The notes beneath the pieces are model-generated. The model ran no database searches and was not told where the DNA came from. It saw nothing but the letters and a program-made list of their open reading frames with translations. From contig CT868041.1 in assembly GCA_000165425.1 (NCBI GenBank), positions 186,001 through 250,000 of the forward strand: DNA of 64,000 nucleotides, given 5' to 3'. Below, piece by piece: positions 13,132-25,937 of this stretch. The position numbers and the translations under genes are program-made. The DNA is from Paramecium tetraurelia. Taxonomy: Eukaryota. The first letter of the stretch is position 1; each line of letters begins with the position of its first letter.

Positions 13132-14230
13132 TCAAACCTTATAATTCTTGTTTTAACTCTTAGCATGACGACTATAATTTTCTAGATATTGGCTGTCTAA
13201 AGTAAGATTCTTATAACCAATAGAAATGTCCAATTTTTTACTTTTAATTGTAGACTCTCTCATTTTAGGCCTGGTTATTTAAGAATGAATACCTGGAATT
13301 AGGCACTACCTAATATTACTATAAACTAATTTCAGGTTCATCCTGTTCGGTTCTAATTCTGATTTCCTGGAAATTCTTTTTGCCATTGACTACGATACTA
13401 TTATTTATATTTGAATTGATGTTAATGTAATTGTTGTTGACCTAGGGAGTCTTTTTATAGAAGGTCCCACCTACGCTATAAATCTACTATGGAATTACTT
13501 TTAATTATTCATGCATTTTTATTAAGTAATTTTCAAGATTTATTGAATTTATTTGGATTTACTTTTCTTTTCAGAAGACAATGTAGGTGTGGCTCTGAAA
13601 CCCAGATTAGATGGTGGTTTCGTAATCACACTCTCTCTGCCTTGGCTTTGACTGGCTGCGTTGACAGACAACTCTGTGGGTTTTGTGATTGATGTATTGG
13701 ATATATTGGTTCCACGCAACTTCTGCATTCTAAATTATAAATATCTTAAACCTGGAAGACTTTAAATTGGGGGCATAATTAAATTGCTTAGTTTTTGTTT
13801 GTGGTTCATCAACAATCAGATCTGTTAATTTCATTAATCTCTCATTGAGAGCCTTCATAAAATGAGGTTAAGTAGCATCAGTCAATCGATCCAAATTATC
13901 GCAATTTAAGTTATAGGTTGTGACATCTTTCAAGGATTGCAATGATGTATCCGATGAGGATTCATAGTTCTCTTTCGGAAATTTAAAAGTGTGGTTAATT
14001 TTACAACTCTTAAACCTAGAATTGATATGGCCGAATAAGTACTTCATTTCTATTTCGAGTTTGAAATCCTCAACTTCAGAATCTTCATCTGGTTATGTTT
14101 TCATAATCAATTCTGCTGGCACTTAAGGTTTGACAATTTTCTAAAATATCAAATATTTCATCAAATCTTTGTCTATTATTTTCGGTTATTGAACTTGTGG
14201 ACTTTTCGACTTCTAATTTCTGTTGGACAT
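13132..14230 (-). CDS. Hypothetical low-complexity (S/Q/R-rich) protein
   Basis: MSNRNQKSKSPQVQQPKIIDKDLMKYLIFQKIVKP..., short introns, TGA at 13132-13134. Confidence 0.65.
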
Positions 14231-14888
14231 AAATCAAAATTAATAATAAAAATAAATTATTAGACCAAATCATTATTAACTCTAACTCCTAAGTTTAAGT
14301 ATTTATGTACTTCACTCCAATTACTTATCAGAATACTCAATTCCAACTATTAGTATCTTTGATAATCCCTGTTTGATTGAATTCATATATATTCCTATTC
14401 AATTTTGAATTGTATGCTTTAATGTTTGTAGTATAAACGCTCCTAGATGATAAAATGCTTCCTCTTCTTGCTGATGAATCAATAAAATTATCCATTTCTT
14501 TCCCTAGTAGAAATCTATATTGTAGTATTAAAGAGGATATCAGTAAAACTATTAATTTTTTTTCTCTATTTTATTTCCAATTAAACAAATTAAACAAACC
14601 TTCGATTATGATTAATAACCATCTATGAGCTTGTAATTACAATGGTATTATTTTCTATATTATCTCTTCTCCAAACAACAATTAATAATAATACAGATTG
14701 TCTACATTTATTATTGTATCTATTAATGTTGCTCTTTTTAGAATTCAATTGCAGTATTATTCCTAAGTCACTTGACTATATTAAAGTAGTTTAGTTACTC
14801 ATATAGATTAGGATCTCATAATGTATGCATTTATTTTATTCTTGCGAGTAATTATTTTATCATTAATATTTATATTTTAGATATTGAA

Positions 14889-15990
14889 ATGTTGAGTGGT
14901 TTATTGTACAGTCCAAATTGGACATTTGTAGACAAAATCTTAAGAGACCCTCAATTAGTAGATCTTGAATACTTTGTCGGAGGTGGACCAGGTCATGATT
15001 GGTTAGCAAAGACAGTTAGAGTTGATCAATAAAAGTAATAATTGTAATGATTATTATAGATACTTGGGTCCAAGAGCTAAATTTGAGAGATAATTCAATG
15101 AAGAGCCAAAGACATGGGAAGTCGTAACGGACAACTTGTATCGTTTAACCTTACTTGCTGGAGTTGAGAGATTACTCACATTAAGATAAGCATATGGTGG
15201 TTTAAAGACGAGATTCACTTTTGGAGATTCAAATACGTACGAAGTCATTTAATATATGAAAATAGAGCATGCTTACAATAGATATTCAATCAAGGATTAT
15301 TTAAGGGATATTTTAGAGGTGCTTTATTGAATGCTGCTCAATTCTTGACTGTATGGGCTCATCCATTAGTATATAGTAGAGGTAATGGATACGCCTCTCA
15401 TTATCTTTATTCTTCCTTATTTGAATTGATCACATATCCAATTGACACAATAAAGACAATCATTTATTCTGATGTTCAAGGCAGATATAAGGGAGCATTT
15501 GATGTCATTGAATAGGTTAAATCATAGTGATAAATAGGTGTATGCAAGAAATGGATTCAGTCATTTCTACAGAGGAATAGTATTTAAGTTGGCCTTCAAT
15601 GGAACCCTCATCTATCACCTTAGAAATATCTATGAATAAGATTATATTCAATAAGTAAGTGCAATTTAATTATGATAGTTAGTATCAGTTCCATTACTAG
15701 CTATTGGTTATGGATTTTTGACAATAAAGACAAGATTGTAATTGGCAAGCACCGATTTGAGTTTCTAAGAGACTCCATAAAAGGGAAGAATTGCTGCCAA
15801 TCTATTTGCCTAAAAGACTCCATTCAGCATTTACAGAGGAGTAATTCCCTTCTTGTTGTTGACTGATTTCTTCCATTACAAATTATTTGCACTTTACTCA
15901 TCAACTGCACAATCAAGAACATTGGATGAATTCCTTGTTTAATACAAGCATCATATTGGAAGTCCCAAGGATGAAAATTTATGGCAATGA
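14889..15990 (+). CDS. Divergent mitochondrial carrier family protein
   Basis: Carrier signature ITYPIDTIKT followed by RYKGAFDV...FYRG; later YRGVIP; N-terminal extension; four short introns. Confidence 0.8.
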
Positions 15991-16209
15991 TTATTAAATA
16001 ATAAATAAAATAAAATATCCCTCTCTTTTGTTATATAATTATTATAAATATATTGTGTTTTAATTAATAAGATACTTAACTTAAACTAGAATTTTTAAAG
16101 TATTTCTTTTATTAGCATCTCAATTTATATATGAATGTAGAGAGAATAAAATTTATGGAAGTCATGCCTTTAATTTTTCACGAAATTTAAAATTTTAAAT
16201 AATTTAAAA

Positions 16210-17327
16210 ATGGAGCAAAACTACACATTTACAATTGAATCCAAGAAATAAAATATTGATGCTCTTACTGAAGAATAATAATAAGAATTCAAAGCTAATT
16301 CTGAGAAATGCGAAATCATAGTCTTAAAAGGCAATAGTTACTCTAAACAATTTTTCCATCAATTCTCAGAATTCATCACAACCTCCAAATAATTGCAAGT
16401 AATCAATGTTTAATAAATTAGAAAATCAATGCAAATGATATCTTTGTTGGCAAAGGAAAAGATGAAATTCCTCAATCGTTAGAGGTACAAATTGAATCCC
16501 ATATTGTAGATCTTAGGAAATAGTCTAATTGGATTAAATATCTTAAGTCTTGATCTGTCCAATAATGCAGTCAATCCATTTGGAGCAGAGGCCTTGAAGC
16601 CTTTCCTCAAATAAGCTCATTAATTATAAAGACTCTTCTTGAATAATTGCGGTCTTGGTATCAGAGGAGTTACCTAAGTCTCAGAAGGATTGTAAGAAGG
16701 AGAACATAATTTGCAAATATTAGCCATTGCAAGAAATAGAGCTGAATGTGATGGCGCAATTGAAATATCCAAAGCATTCCCAACATGCAAGAAGTTATAA
16801 GAATTGCATATTTATTAAAATGGAATCAAATAAAAGGGTATGATGGAACTCTTATCATCCTTAAATAAAAGCTGTGCTGAATTAACAACCATTGATATTA
16901 GAGATAATTTTGTACATGAAGCAACAACATAAGTCTTAAGCGATCTCATAACAAATGCTGCTCATTTGACAGCAATCAACATCTCAGATTGTAACATCTA
17001 AGGAAAATAGAATAAACAAATATTGGAATCTCTAAGCAAATTAGTCAAAATTGAAAGATTGGGCTACAATTATGCTGAATTAAATGATGTCTAGGGAAAT
17101 GAACTATACGAGATTATTGTTAAATAAGTTGATAATGTCACAGTATTAATTATTTAATATTAAAGAAATTGGAATTGAAAGGAAATGAATTTAAGAAAGC
17201 AACAAAATAAAAGTTTAAGGAATTATTCGCAAATAAAGAAAAAGTACTTGGAGCATTTGATAGTGATGATGAAGATGAAGAGGAGGCAGATGAATTGTAA
17301 AAACTATTCAGTTAATTGGTTATTTGA
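16210..17327 (+). CDS. RANGAP1: Ran GTPase-activating protein (LRR, RNA1/RanGAP1)
   Basis: LKGNSY, DIFVGKGKDEIP, LDLSNNA, LFLNNCGLGIRG, ARNRAECDGA, YQNGI, ELKGNEF and acidic tail DSDDEDEEE. Confidence 0.88.
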
Positions 17328-18010
17328 AATTATGAATAACAGTGTTATTTAAGATAAATTTATATAATTCTAAAAATACAAGGCATATTCATCTATGATG
17401 ATTATATTTTAATATAATCTTTTTTAATGCTCTATCTCTCAGATATTATTTAGATACTTAAACCATATCTAAAGATATTAGTGTTATTATCATTAAAATA
17501 GCATTTAAGCAATTAATAAATTAAATAAACCTCATAAATTTGAGAATTTAAAGGCTTATTAATAGAATTAAACTATTTGAAATATAGAAGGGAATTAATA
17601 CAAAGTTTTAACTTTTGGTCCAGTATATAGTATATTATTGATATATAAATTTCCTGAAATTAAAAGCAATTAATATCGATATAATCTAGATATCTCTGTT
17701 ATTTGTGGGTTGATTAATTGACAGAATCGAATTGAAATCAGGTGGTTCTATTTAAAGTTGATCTTTATAAAATTAGATCATTCTATTTATTATATTAATA
17801 ATAAAATTAGAATAAATGAGATAAGTAGATTTTTACATTGATATAATTAATACAATCAAGAAAATAGGTAATATATTATTTAATGTTAGGAACAATAGAA
17901 ATGTTACAGAAAAGTATATTATTTTGATCTGATTCTAAAACTTACTTTGCAATCTTAAAATGGTTAAGTAATACATTTTATTTACATTTTCATATATTAT
18001 AATAATAAAA

Positions 18011-19238
18011 ATGGATAGCCAATCTAACTCAACGTCCAAAATTTGTCCTCTCTCTGAACCTGAGTATAGAAGATCTTTTTGTTCAGAGGATGAGGCTGAC
18101 ATAACTCCGATGATTCCCAAAATAGCAAAACCTTCTAAATTTTCCAAGGGGACACTCTTCCCTTCCAAACTGACGATTCTGATAACACTCCAAAATAAAT
18201 ACATACTCCCACATCTCCAAAAGGGCAAAACAAGTTGTCCAAGTTCAAATAGAAGGATCATCACATTGAGAAGGATTCCGACATACAATTTGATTCTGAG
18301 GAGGAGAAAAGAAAAGAAGAAACGAATAATTTCATAACCGACAGCAAGACGTCTCAAGATAATGATGGGATGGGAATACAATTCTAATAAAAATATTCAA
18401 CACCAAAATTAGAGTATTTACATCCACCGATTTCCAAATCCAATTCCTCAAAACAAGTTGTTTCAAGCAAAAACTTTAGTATCAAAGATCACCCCTTCAA
18501 ACATCTTGTATATGGAAGACATGTGAATTACAACACTTTTATGAGATTCCTATAAATTGTGCAAAGTGGTTTGGTTTACGCTTGTAATTCATTAAAAGGT
18601 CCTTCTGATAGATTTTTGAAAAGCAGATTTGTCAGACTCAAAGAATCAAACAATAGAAAATAAAAAATCCTCGTATTAGATCTAGATGAGACATTAATCC
18701 ATAGTTGCACACATAGAGATTTCCCACATATTACTATTACAATTCAAGACAATGATGAACCAATAGACGTATTTATTCTATTTGTAAAATTTAGATAGCT
18801 TTTAATGTCAGACCCTATTGTAAGGAGTTTATAAAGGAGATGTCTAATTACTATACGATCTACTTATTCACAGCCTCTTCCGAAATGTATGCCAGGGCAA
18901 TTGTAAATCATCTAGATCCAAAACGATAATACATTACAGATATTTTGTGTAGGAACAATTGTTTTGAGACTAAAAATGGTTTCTTCATAAAGGACTTAAG
19001 AATAATTACCAATAGGGACTTAAAGGATATTGTAATAATAGATAATCTTCCACATTCTTTTGGTTTACAATTAGAAAATGGAATTCCAATATTAGAATGG
19101 ACTTAAGACCCAAAAGATGAAGAATTAAAATATTTATAATCATATCTTATTGAATTAAGTAAAAAAGAAGATGTAAGAACTTGTAATAGAGAGAAATTAA
19201 AATTACTTGATTTAGTTGATTTTAAACTTATAATTTGA
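18011..19238 (+). CDS. CTD small phosphatase-like (NIF/FCP1/Dullard HAD family); apparent 1-nt frameshift near 18150
   Basis: LVLDLDETLIHS, VRPYC, FTAS, IKDLRII, IIDN, QLENGIPI motifs; the ATG frame and the catalytic frame differ by one base. Confidence 0.88.
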
Positions 19239-19788
19239 TTTCATATATACCATCAAATAAATAGTTCATTCTTCAAATACCTTAATAAGTGCACCTAAAA
19301 GTACAGAATTATAAGGTATCTTATTGAATTTTGTATTACATATTCTTTCTTCAAATTAAATATTTAAGATAAAGTTCCCTCATGATTACAAATATAGCTC
19401 TATTAAAATTGGATATGCTGTGACAAATCTTAAACTGCTTGATTATTTGTATCAAAAAGATAGTTTATTAACTAACTAATTAAGCATAGTCAAGCTTTAA
19501 GAGAAGGACAACTAATCGAAAGTTAAACACTTGCTTTAAGATTATGAAGATTATAAGCTTGATAACTACTTTGCTTTCTGAAGGACCCATTTGAATCTTA
19601 AGGTAATAACTATATTCCAATTCAGTTTAATTGCAATAGTAATGCTTATATCTCCTTCTAAATGCAGCCAATCTCATCGATCAACCTTTGGGTCTATCTT
19701 TATTGAAGGTTCCTTGCATATAATAATGAGACTGTAATTAAAGCATTGGATAATTAAACTCCCAAAACACTATAATATTAGCCATAAA

Positions 19789-20088
19789 ATGAATATTATA
19801 AAAGTAACTCAATAATTCTTAAGTGGGAAACCAAAAGGGTTTTACCTGTAGCTTTTCGTTAAACCAAAGTCAAAGTCAGAGATGCTTGAATTTTCAGAAG
19901 AATTCATTATTGTAAAGACCAAGGCCCAACCCATTGATAATGCAGCCAATGAAGATGTGATAAGAATGTTGAGTGAAAAATTGTCTATTGATTAAAGTTC
20001 AATAAAAATAGTGAAAGGATAATAAAGCAAATATAAAACTGTGTTTATTGAAAATGAAATGCAAGCCTATAATAAATTAAGGAATTGA
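19789..20088 (+). CDS. DUF167 / UPF0235 (YggU-like) protein
   Basis: After a 20-nt intron (19804-19823): LFVKPKSK...AQPIDNAANEDVIRMLSEKLSIDQSSIKIVKGQQSKYKTVFI. Confidence 0.85.
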
Positions 20089-20129
20089 GATATATATTAC
20101 TTACGTGTTATATTTTTATTATTTAGAAA

Positions 20130-21770
20130 ATGCTCTTGATATTCACATTGCTATTCTCTCTAGGGTAGAGTGAATTGGTCTATCTGGGATACAAGAACTA
20201 TACAATGGCAAAGAAGGAACAATAACCTTTGATTGTCTTCTATTATGGCGATGACAAATAATCTAAAAAGTTTCTAGATGATTACATAGCCATCGCTACG
20301 GGATAACACAGTCTTTAAAAAACAGGCACATACCCAACAAATATCAATTTTGGACTTGTTAACTCTGTAGAAGAAAAAAAACTCATGGAAAAAACCTAGA
20401 TCCAAGTCACTCCATCCATCTTTCTATTTTATGCTGACACTTAAAAATAAAAGTATTCTGGAGCCTTCAATGCATAAGCCTTCCTAAACTGGCTCAAGAA
20501 GACTTACAGAGATTCTCCAGAATTAAGTATTAATAAAATCTAATATCTAGATGAATTTTATCCATCATCTCAACTTCAAAAATGGGATCAATTTGTTAAC
20601 AAAATTAACAGTTTCTAACTGATTGCATTCTTAGCCACTCCAGAATATAGAGTCTCACCATTGAAAGCCTTTGTCTAAGCTGCCAAATAAATACCTTAAG
20701 GAGTATGTTATTTAATACAATTCTTAGTATGTCTTCTGTCACATCTTTAACCCAGATCTGTATTAACATTTAGGTTTGAAAAAGGAAGAAAGTGGCCTAG
20801 TAATTTATAGTAAATTGGAGGATCTAGAGGATATCAGTGAAGAAAAAACTAAGAAATATTAAACCTATTTACACAGATTTAAGGGAGACATTAAAAATAC
20901 TGACGATATCCTTCAATTTTTAAAGATCTATGCTTTTAAAAAAGGATTTGTTTATGTGGATGATACTAAATTTTAGAAGTTATCCAGAAGAGTAGACTTA
21001 TTGCCATCAGTTATCTTATTATACAATAAAACAAGTATTAATGTTAAGAAATTCTAATTAGACCCTGAACATGAACAATATGTCTAATAAATGCAAGATG
21101 CCAGATATCCCTTATTAAATAAAGCTATTGTAGGTGTTCTTGATGTTAATGGGGATTGTGAAGAAAGATTAGAGAGAGTATATGAAATCAATGTTAATAC
21201 TACTTAATTACCATAATTGATTGCTATGAAACCAATAGATGATAACAGATTCTACAAATATAAAAATGGACCATCAGATCCCATTCAATTTTATGAGCAA
21301 ATTTAATCAGGATAGATAAAAGCCTTCTACAGAGATGAAGGCATCTTATAAAATTTATATGATGGAGCAGGAATCTACAAATTGACTAGATCTACTTATT
21401 ATCCATTCATCAAAGAATAAAATGAGAAAGGCATTGATGTGGTTGTTACATATACTGCCAAGAAATGTTAGCCATGCAAAGATTTTAGACCTGACTATAA
21501 TGAGGTATTTAAGAAGGTATTTTAACATATATATAAAACAATTAGCATAAACAAGCTATTGAAGGCAAGGTCATTTTTGCAAGATGTGACATTGAAATCA
21601 ATGAGATCGATGATCTTCATATTGATAATTATCCTCATGTCAAATTGTATGCAGCTGGAAAGGATCATCCATTTACATTACATTTACAAAAAACTGAAGA
21701 GAATTTAACTTAATGGTTAAGTGAATAAAGCAATTATGGAAGCATTTTCAAAGTTAAAACTGATTTGTGA
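20130..21770 (+). CDS. ER protein-disulfide-isomerase-like multi-thioredoxin protein
   Basis: Signal peptide, Trx-like segments, single CQPC in the last domain (YTAKKCQPCKDF), NYPHVKLY, C-terminal KTDL. Confidence 0.75.
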
Positions 21771-21785
21771 AATTAATTATAATTT

Positions 21786-24336
21786 ATGTTAAAGTAAATC
21801 ACCACATTTATTGCTAAGACCAAATTAAGCAATTATATCATGTAATTTTATTACCATGCTTTTATTTAAAACATACCTGAAGACAATTAAATCCAGGGAT
21901 CTTTTGAGAACTTCAATTTATCATAAATAATTAGGTCTCTGTGATTAACATCAATGGATATATTGACGTATGGATAAAAGGAATTGAAAGACGTAATAAA
22001 CCAATTAGAAGAACAACTAAAGACAGTTTTTATGCCTTATTAACAAACAGAAAACAACAAAAGTGCAAAAAAAATGCACAAATCTGAAATCAAATTAAAT
22101 GATTCTGATGTATACAATAATCCAAAAAAATAAAGAGTAGATAAAAACAAATGTAGAAAGTGTAAACTATCTACTATTCCCACTATTCTGCATTTGCTTT
22201 AACAAAATGATAACACTGATGCCAATTCCAATATGACAATGAAATCAATTAGATAATAAATTGCATAACAATCTCATAAAAAAGAAGAATAATCAGATTA
22301 AAAAATTCCTTACATAGCCTTTGATTATTCACAGTAAATTGTTATTTGTAAAAGATGCAGATTCAAATTTCACTCAGAATGTGTATAAATTTAAGGAGCC
22401 TTAAATGAATGGTTGTGTGATTATTGTCTAACCAGAATTGAGGAACTCAAGAACTCAAACTTATGGGATTATAAAAATTAAAAATAAATAAAGCAATTAC
22501 CAAATCTATCATCAGAAAACAAGAAACTCAATTTGAAGATAATAGAAAGAATCTAAAAGAAAAAATAAATATATATAATATCTGAGTTCAAACCTACTCC
22601 CAATAAACAAATTCATTAGATTTCTGAATTCCTCTCAAAATATCCTTTGTATAAATCCACTGCTGGAAATGTGGCTTATCCTATTTCAGAAATATTAGCA
22701 GTAGATTACCCAGAACTTCTGAGCATTAAGCCAAAACCTAAGCCACACATGATAAAATCTAGTATGGTAGAACAAATTTTGAAGATTCAAACAATTTATC
22801 AAATTCTTGTGCCAAACTCAAAAGCACCTGATACTTTTACTTAAGAGTATATAGAGAAATAGTTCTATGAGATTTTAATACACCTACTTAATTAATATTT
22901 TGATGAGTTCATTCTAAAAGATGATCAATAATTTTAACAATATTGTGATTAAGCTAATGCAATTACTACTTCCTATTTATATTTGATGAATTATTTACTA
23001 CATAATGAGGAAGATAAAAATTAAGATTTGTTAAAGAAAACTTGGAAAGAATGTGTTATTTAAATAGATTAAGTAATTAATTATAATAAAGATTCAAAAA
23101 TAGATTAGTTAGATTTCAATGATTTATAGTTCTAAGATAAAATCTGTGTATTGAGTAGTTTATCTGAAGGTTTATATGACTTGGATATAATGAAGGATTT
23201 GTTAAAAAACAAAGAATAATTCTTAAATAAAGGAACCATTAATCAACTATAATTAACATAGGCAGATCTTAAGGTTTCACTATAATAGAATTACTCTCTA
23301 TTTATGAATGGTGGAACTTATTTGGGTTAAGATGCCCATACATAATAATATTTTTACTTCACATTTTTTCCAAGTACAATCTTTGTTCAAACTAAAAAAG
23401 GCTGGGGTCAATATACCATCTCAGATTTAACTGAACTGATGAATTCATTAAATTAATAAGGTGTTAATGAATTAGATTTGTTATAAAACCTTGAACAAAT
23501 TAAATCAATTGAATTAATTGATTCATCCACTCCTATCAAATAAAAAAATAAACTAACTTAAAGTATAGATTTATTTATAATTAGAATAGTAATATCAGTT
23601 AGATACCTAAGAAGTGATCGATAAGTTTTTAATGATAGAAAATTCCTACACCTAAATATTGTAAAAGAAAGATCTTTGCTGGATTCGTAATAATGAAAAG
23701 AACTCATTCTTTAACTTAATTAAAGACCAAGATGAAATAAAATAGGTATTATCTGCTTTGAAACAATTTTTCTGTGGGTTAATTTAACCGATCTCTATTA
23801 ATGGGGAATTCGTTAAGCCATTTAAAATATTTAAAAATCATTTTATTTTGATTAATCAATTAGCTGTTTATGTGGAGAATGCTGATTCCCTATAGAATAT
23901 CTACATTTCATTGTAGGTTTTAGAAAGAATATTAGATGATAAATAATAACATAAGAAACAAAAAGAGTAAATGAAAGTTATAGTTGAAAAGGTTAAAAAA
24001 AACAAAAAAGTCTTAAAAGCAGAAAAGAAAAATTAACAAAAACATTCAAAGTATAATTATGATGAAGACTATTAAGTTGCAGCTTAGTAAATTAAGAAAG
24101 TAGAAAATATGTCTAATTATTAAAAGTATTAATTATATATTTTCATTTATAGAGTAACAAGAAAAAGTAAAAGTTTAGGTCAGATTATTTGTTTTTCCTG
24201 TTAGAAAAATTTTGCAAATTCAGAATAAAGTTAAAAATGCCCAAAATGCTTACAAGTGTTTCATAAAGACTGTTTAAAACAAAATAAGAGTTTATGCTAG
24301 AGATGTTACTCAAAGAATAACAGAAGTTTTAAATGA
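21786..24336 (+). CDS. PHD finger + DDT/WHIM/WSD chromatin-remodelling accessory protein (ACF1/Itc1-like)
   Basis: Split PHD (CRKC...CKRC..FHSEC...WLCDYC), YPISE...KPKP, DKICVLSSL (WHIM1-like), YLGQDAHTQQYFYF and WGQY...LMNSLNQQGVNELDL (WHIM2/3), C-terminal CFSC..CPKC..FHKDC..CQRC. Confidence 0.75.
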
Positions 24337-24462
24337 AATTTCATTAGTAATTTAATTTATAACTATATTCAAAAAATAAAGGCAATAATAGAGTTAATCT
24401 ATATGATTAAATAAATATCTTCAAGGAATCAAATAAAAAGATTATGCGTTAATTAAATAAAT

Positions 24463-25876
24463 TCAATTATCTGAATCATTAGGAGGAGTAGCACGATTAG
24501 ATTTTTTAGAACCTTCTAATTATCTTTTAGATTTAGTTTTCTATTATATTTCAATTATATTTATTTCTACAGTTGGCTGAGCCTACTAATTTATTTAATC
24601 TTGGTATTCTTAATGCAATAATCTCTTCTACAATTTTTCATTGATCTAAATATATGAATTTATTTACTTAATCAATAACAACTAAACTTTCTTACAGATA
24701 TTTTGGTGGAATAAGATTAGGAATTGACATTTCGATTCTCTTTTAATATCTTCTATTTGTAAATTTTTATTGTCTTCTAAATGTTATCTTTGCCTTCATT
24801 TTATTTTAAACTATCTCATATCTATTCATAATTTCTGTTTTAAAATCAGCCAAATTAGAAATAGACCCTTCCATCCATGGATGCTTTTTAATTTATTCTA
24901 ATGAAATTCTCTTCTAAGGATTTTCTTCCAATATTTTTTCAATAAGATCTTTGAATTGATTGGATATGTTATCGTTTAATTCTTAGAACACTTGCCAAAA
25001 CTTTTATTTATCTTATTTTAAAAGAGAATAATATGGATCAGTATTTTTAGAAGTTTTAAATGGAGCAGACCTCATTGCCATACTAAAAAGGATGACTCCG
25101 GATGCAAATATATCAGCTGATTCAGGTATATAATATTTTTATTTACCAACTTAAGGTTATAAATATACTCTTACTTGCATTTGATAGTTCAGGTGGATTA
25201 TATTCTGGAGATCCTAAATATTATTGCACTTCAAATTAGACTTTGGCTCCAGTTTCATCCACAGATTTGGCACTAAATCCAAAATCTGCTAGCTTCAAGA
25301 TTCCATTGCTAAACAAGATGTTTTCAGATTTTATATCTCTATGAACTATTCCTTTTTCATGTAAATATTGAATGCCTATACTAAGTTTTGTTGAATAAAC
25401 TACCCTTAATCAATTAAGAAAATATTCTCCTTAGGAACTTTTCAGAGAATTAATGAGTTTATTCAAGCAATTCAAATAATTCGCCTTAATCTGCCAATTC
25501 CATCACAAAATAAGATACTTAGCATAATCTACCATCCACTTTCCTGTATTTCCCATTGATATTGCACTATTTATTGAGATCTCAAAATACTTGAATAATC
25601 TTAATTATATTATTATGTTCAAACTCCGCTTACTTGAGTTACCTCATTTATAAATTGTTATAGTTTATTCTGATTTGTAGTTGGATCAATCTTCATTATT
25701 TTTATTGCATACTTTTACTTATCTTGTACATCGATAGCTAACTTCACTCTAAAATAATCAGAATAGTAGAATTACTTTGCATATCTGCCCACACCAATTG
25801 TATCAATAATATAGTACTTATCGTCTAGAACTGAAGCATAATCAAAATAATCACTTTAAATATCTAAAGACATCAT
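24463..25876 (-). CDS. Ser/Thr protein kinase (CAMK-like)
   Basis: [54 protein letters not shown]. Confidence 0.92.
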
Positions 25877-25937
25877 TTTTTATAATGAAATATTTTTTTA
25901 TTCTGATAATTTAAATGGTTATTATTTAAATTTCCCA

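Noticed and set aside
14270..14830. Possible Rab/Ras-like relic on the minus strand (CLIGNKIE)
   Set aside because: No P-loop or DTAGQ motif and multiple stops; similarity is too weak to call.
17330..18000. Small gene suggested by an intron-like GT..AG at about 17868-17889
   Set aside because: Only a ~30-codon frame results, with no recognisable product.
19240..19785. Coding-like intergenic segment
   Set aside because: No consistent spliced frame found on either strand.
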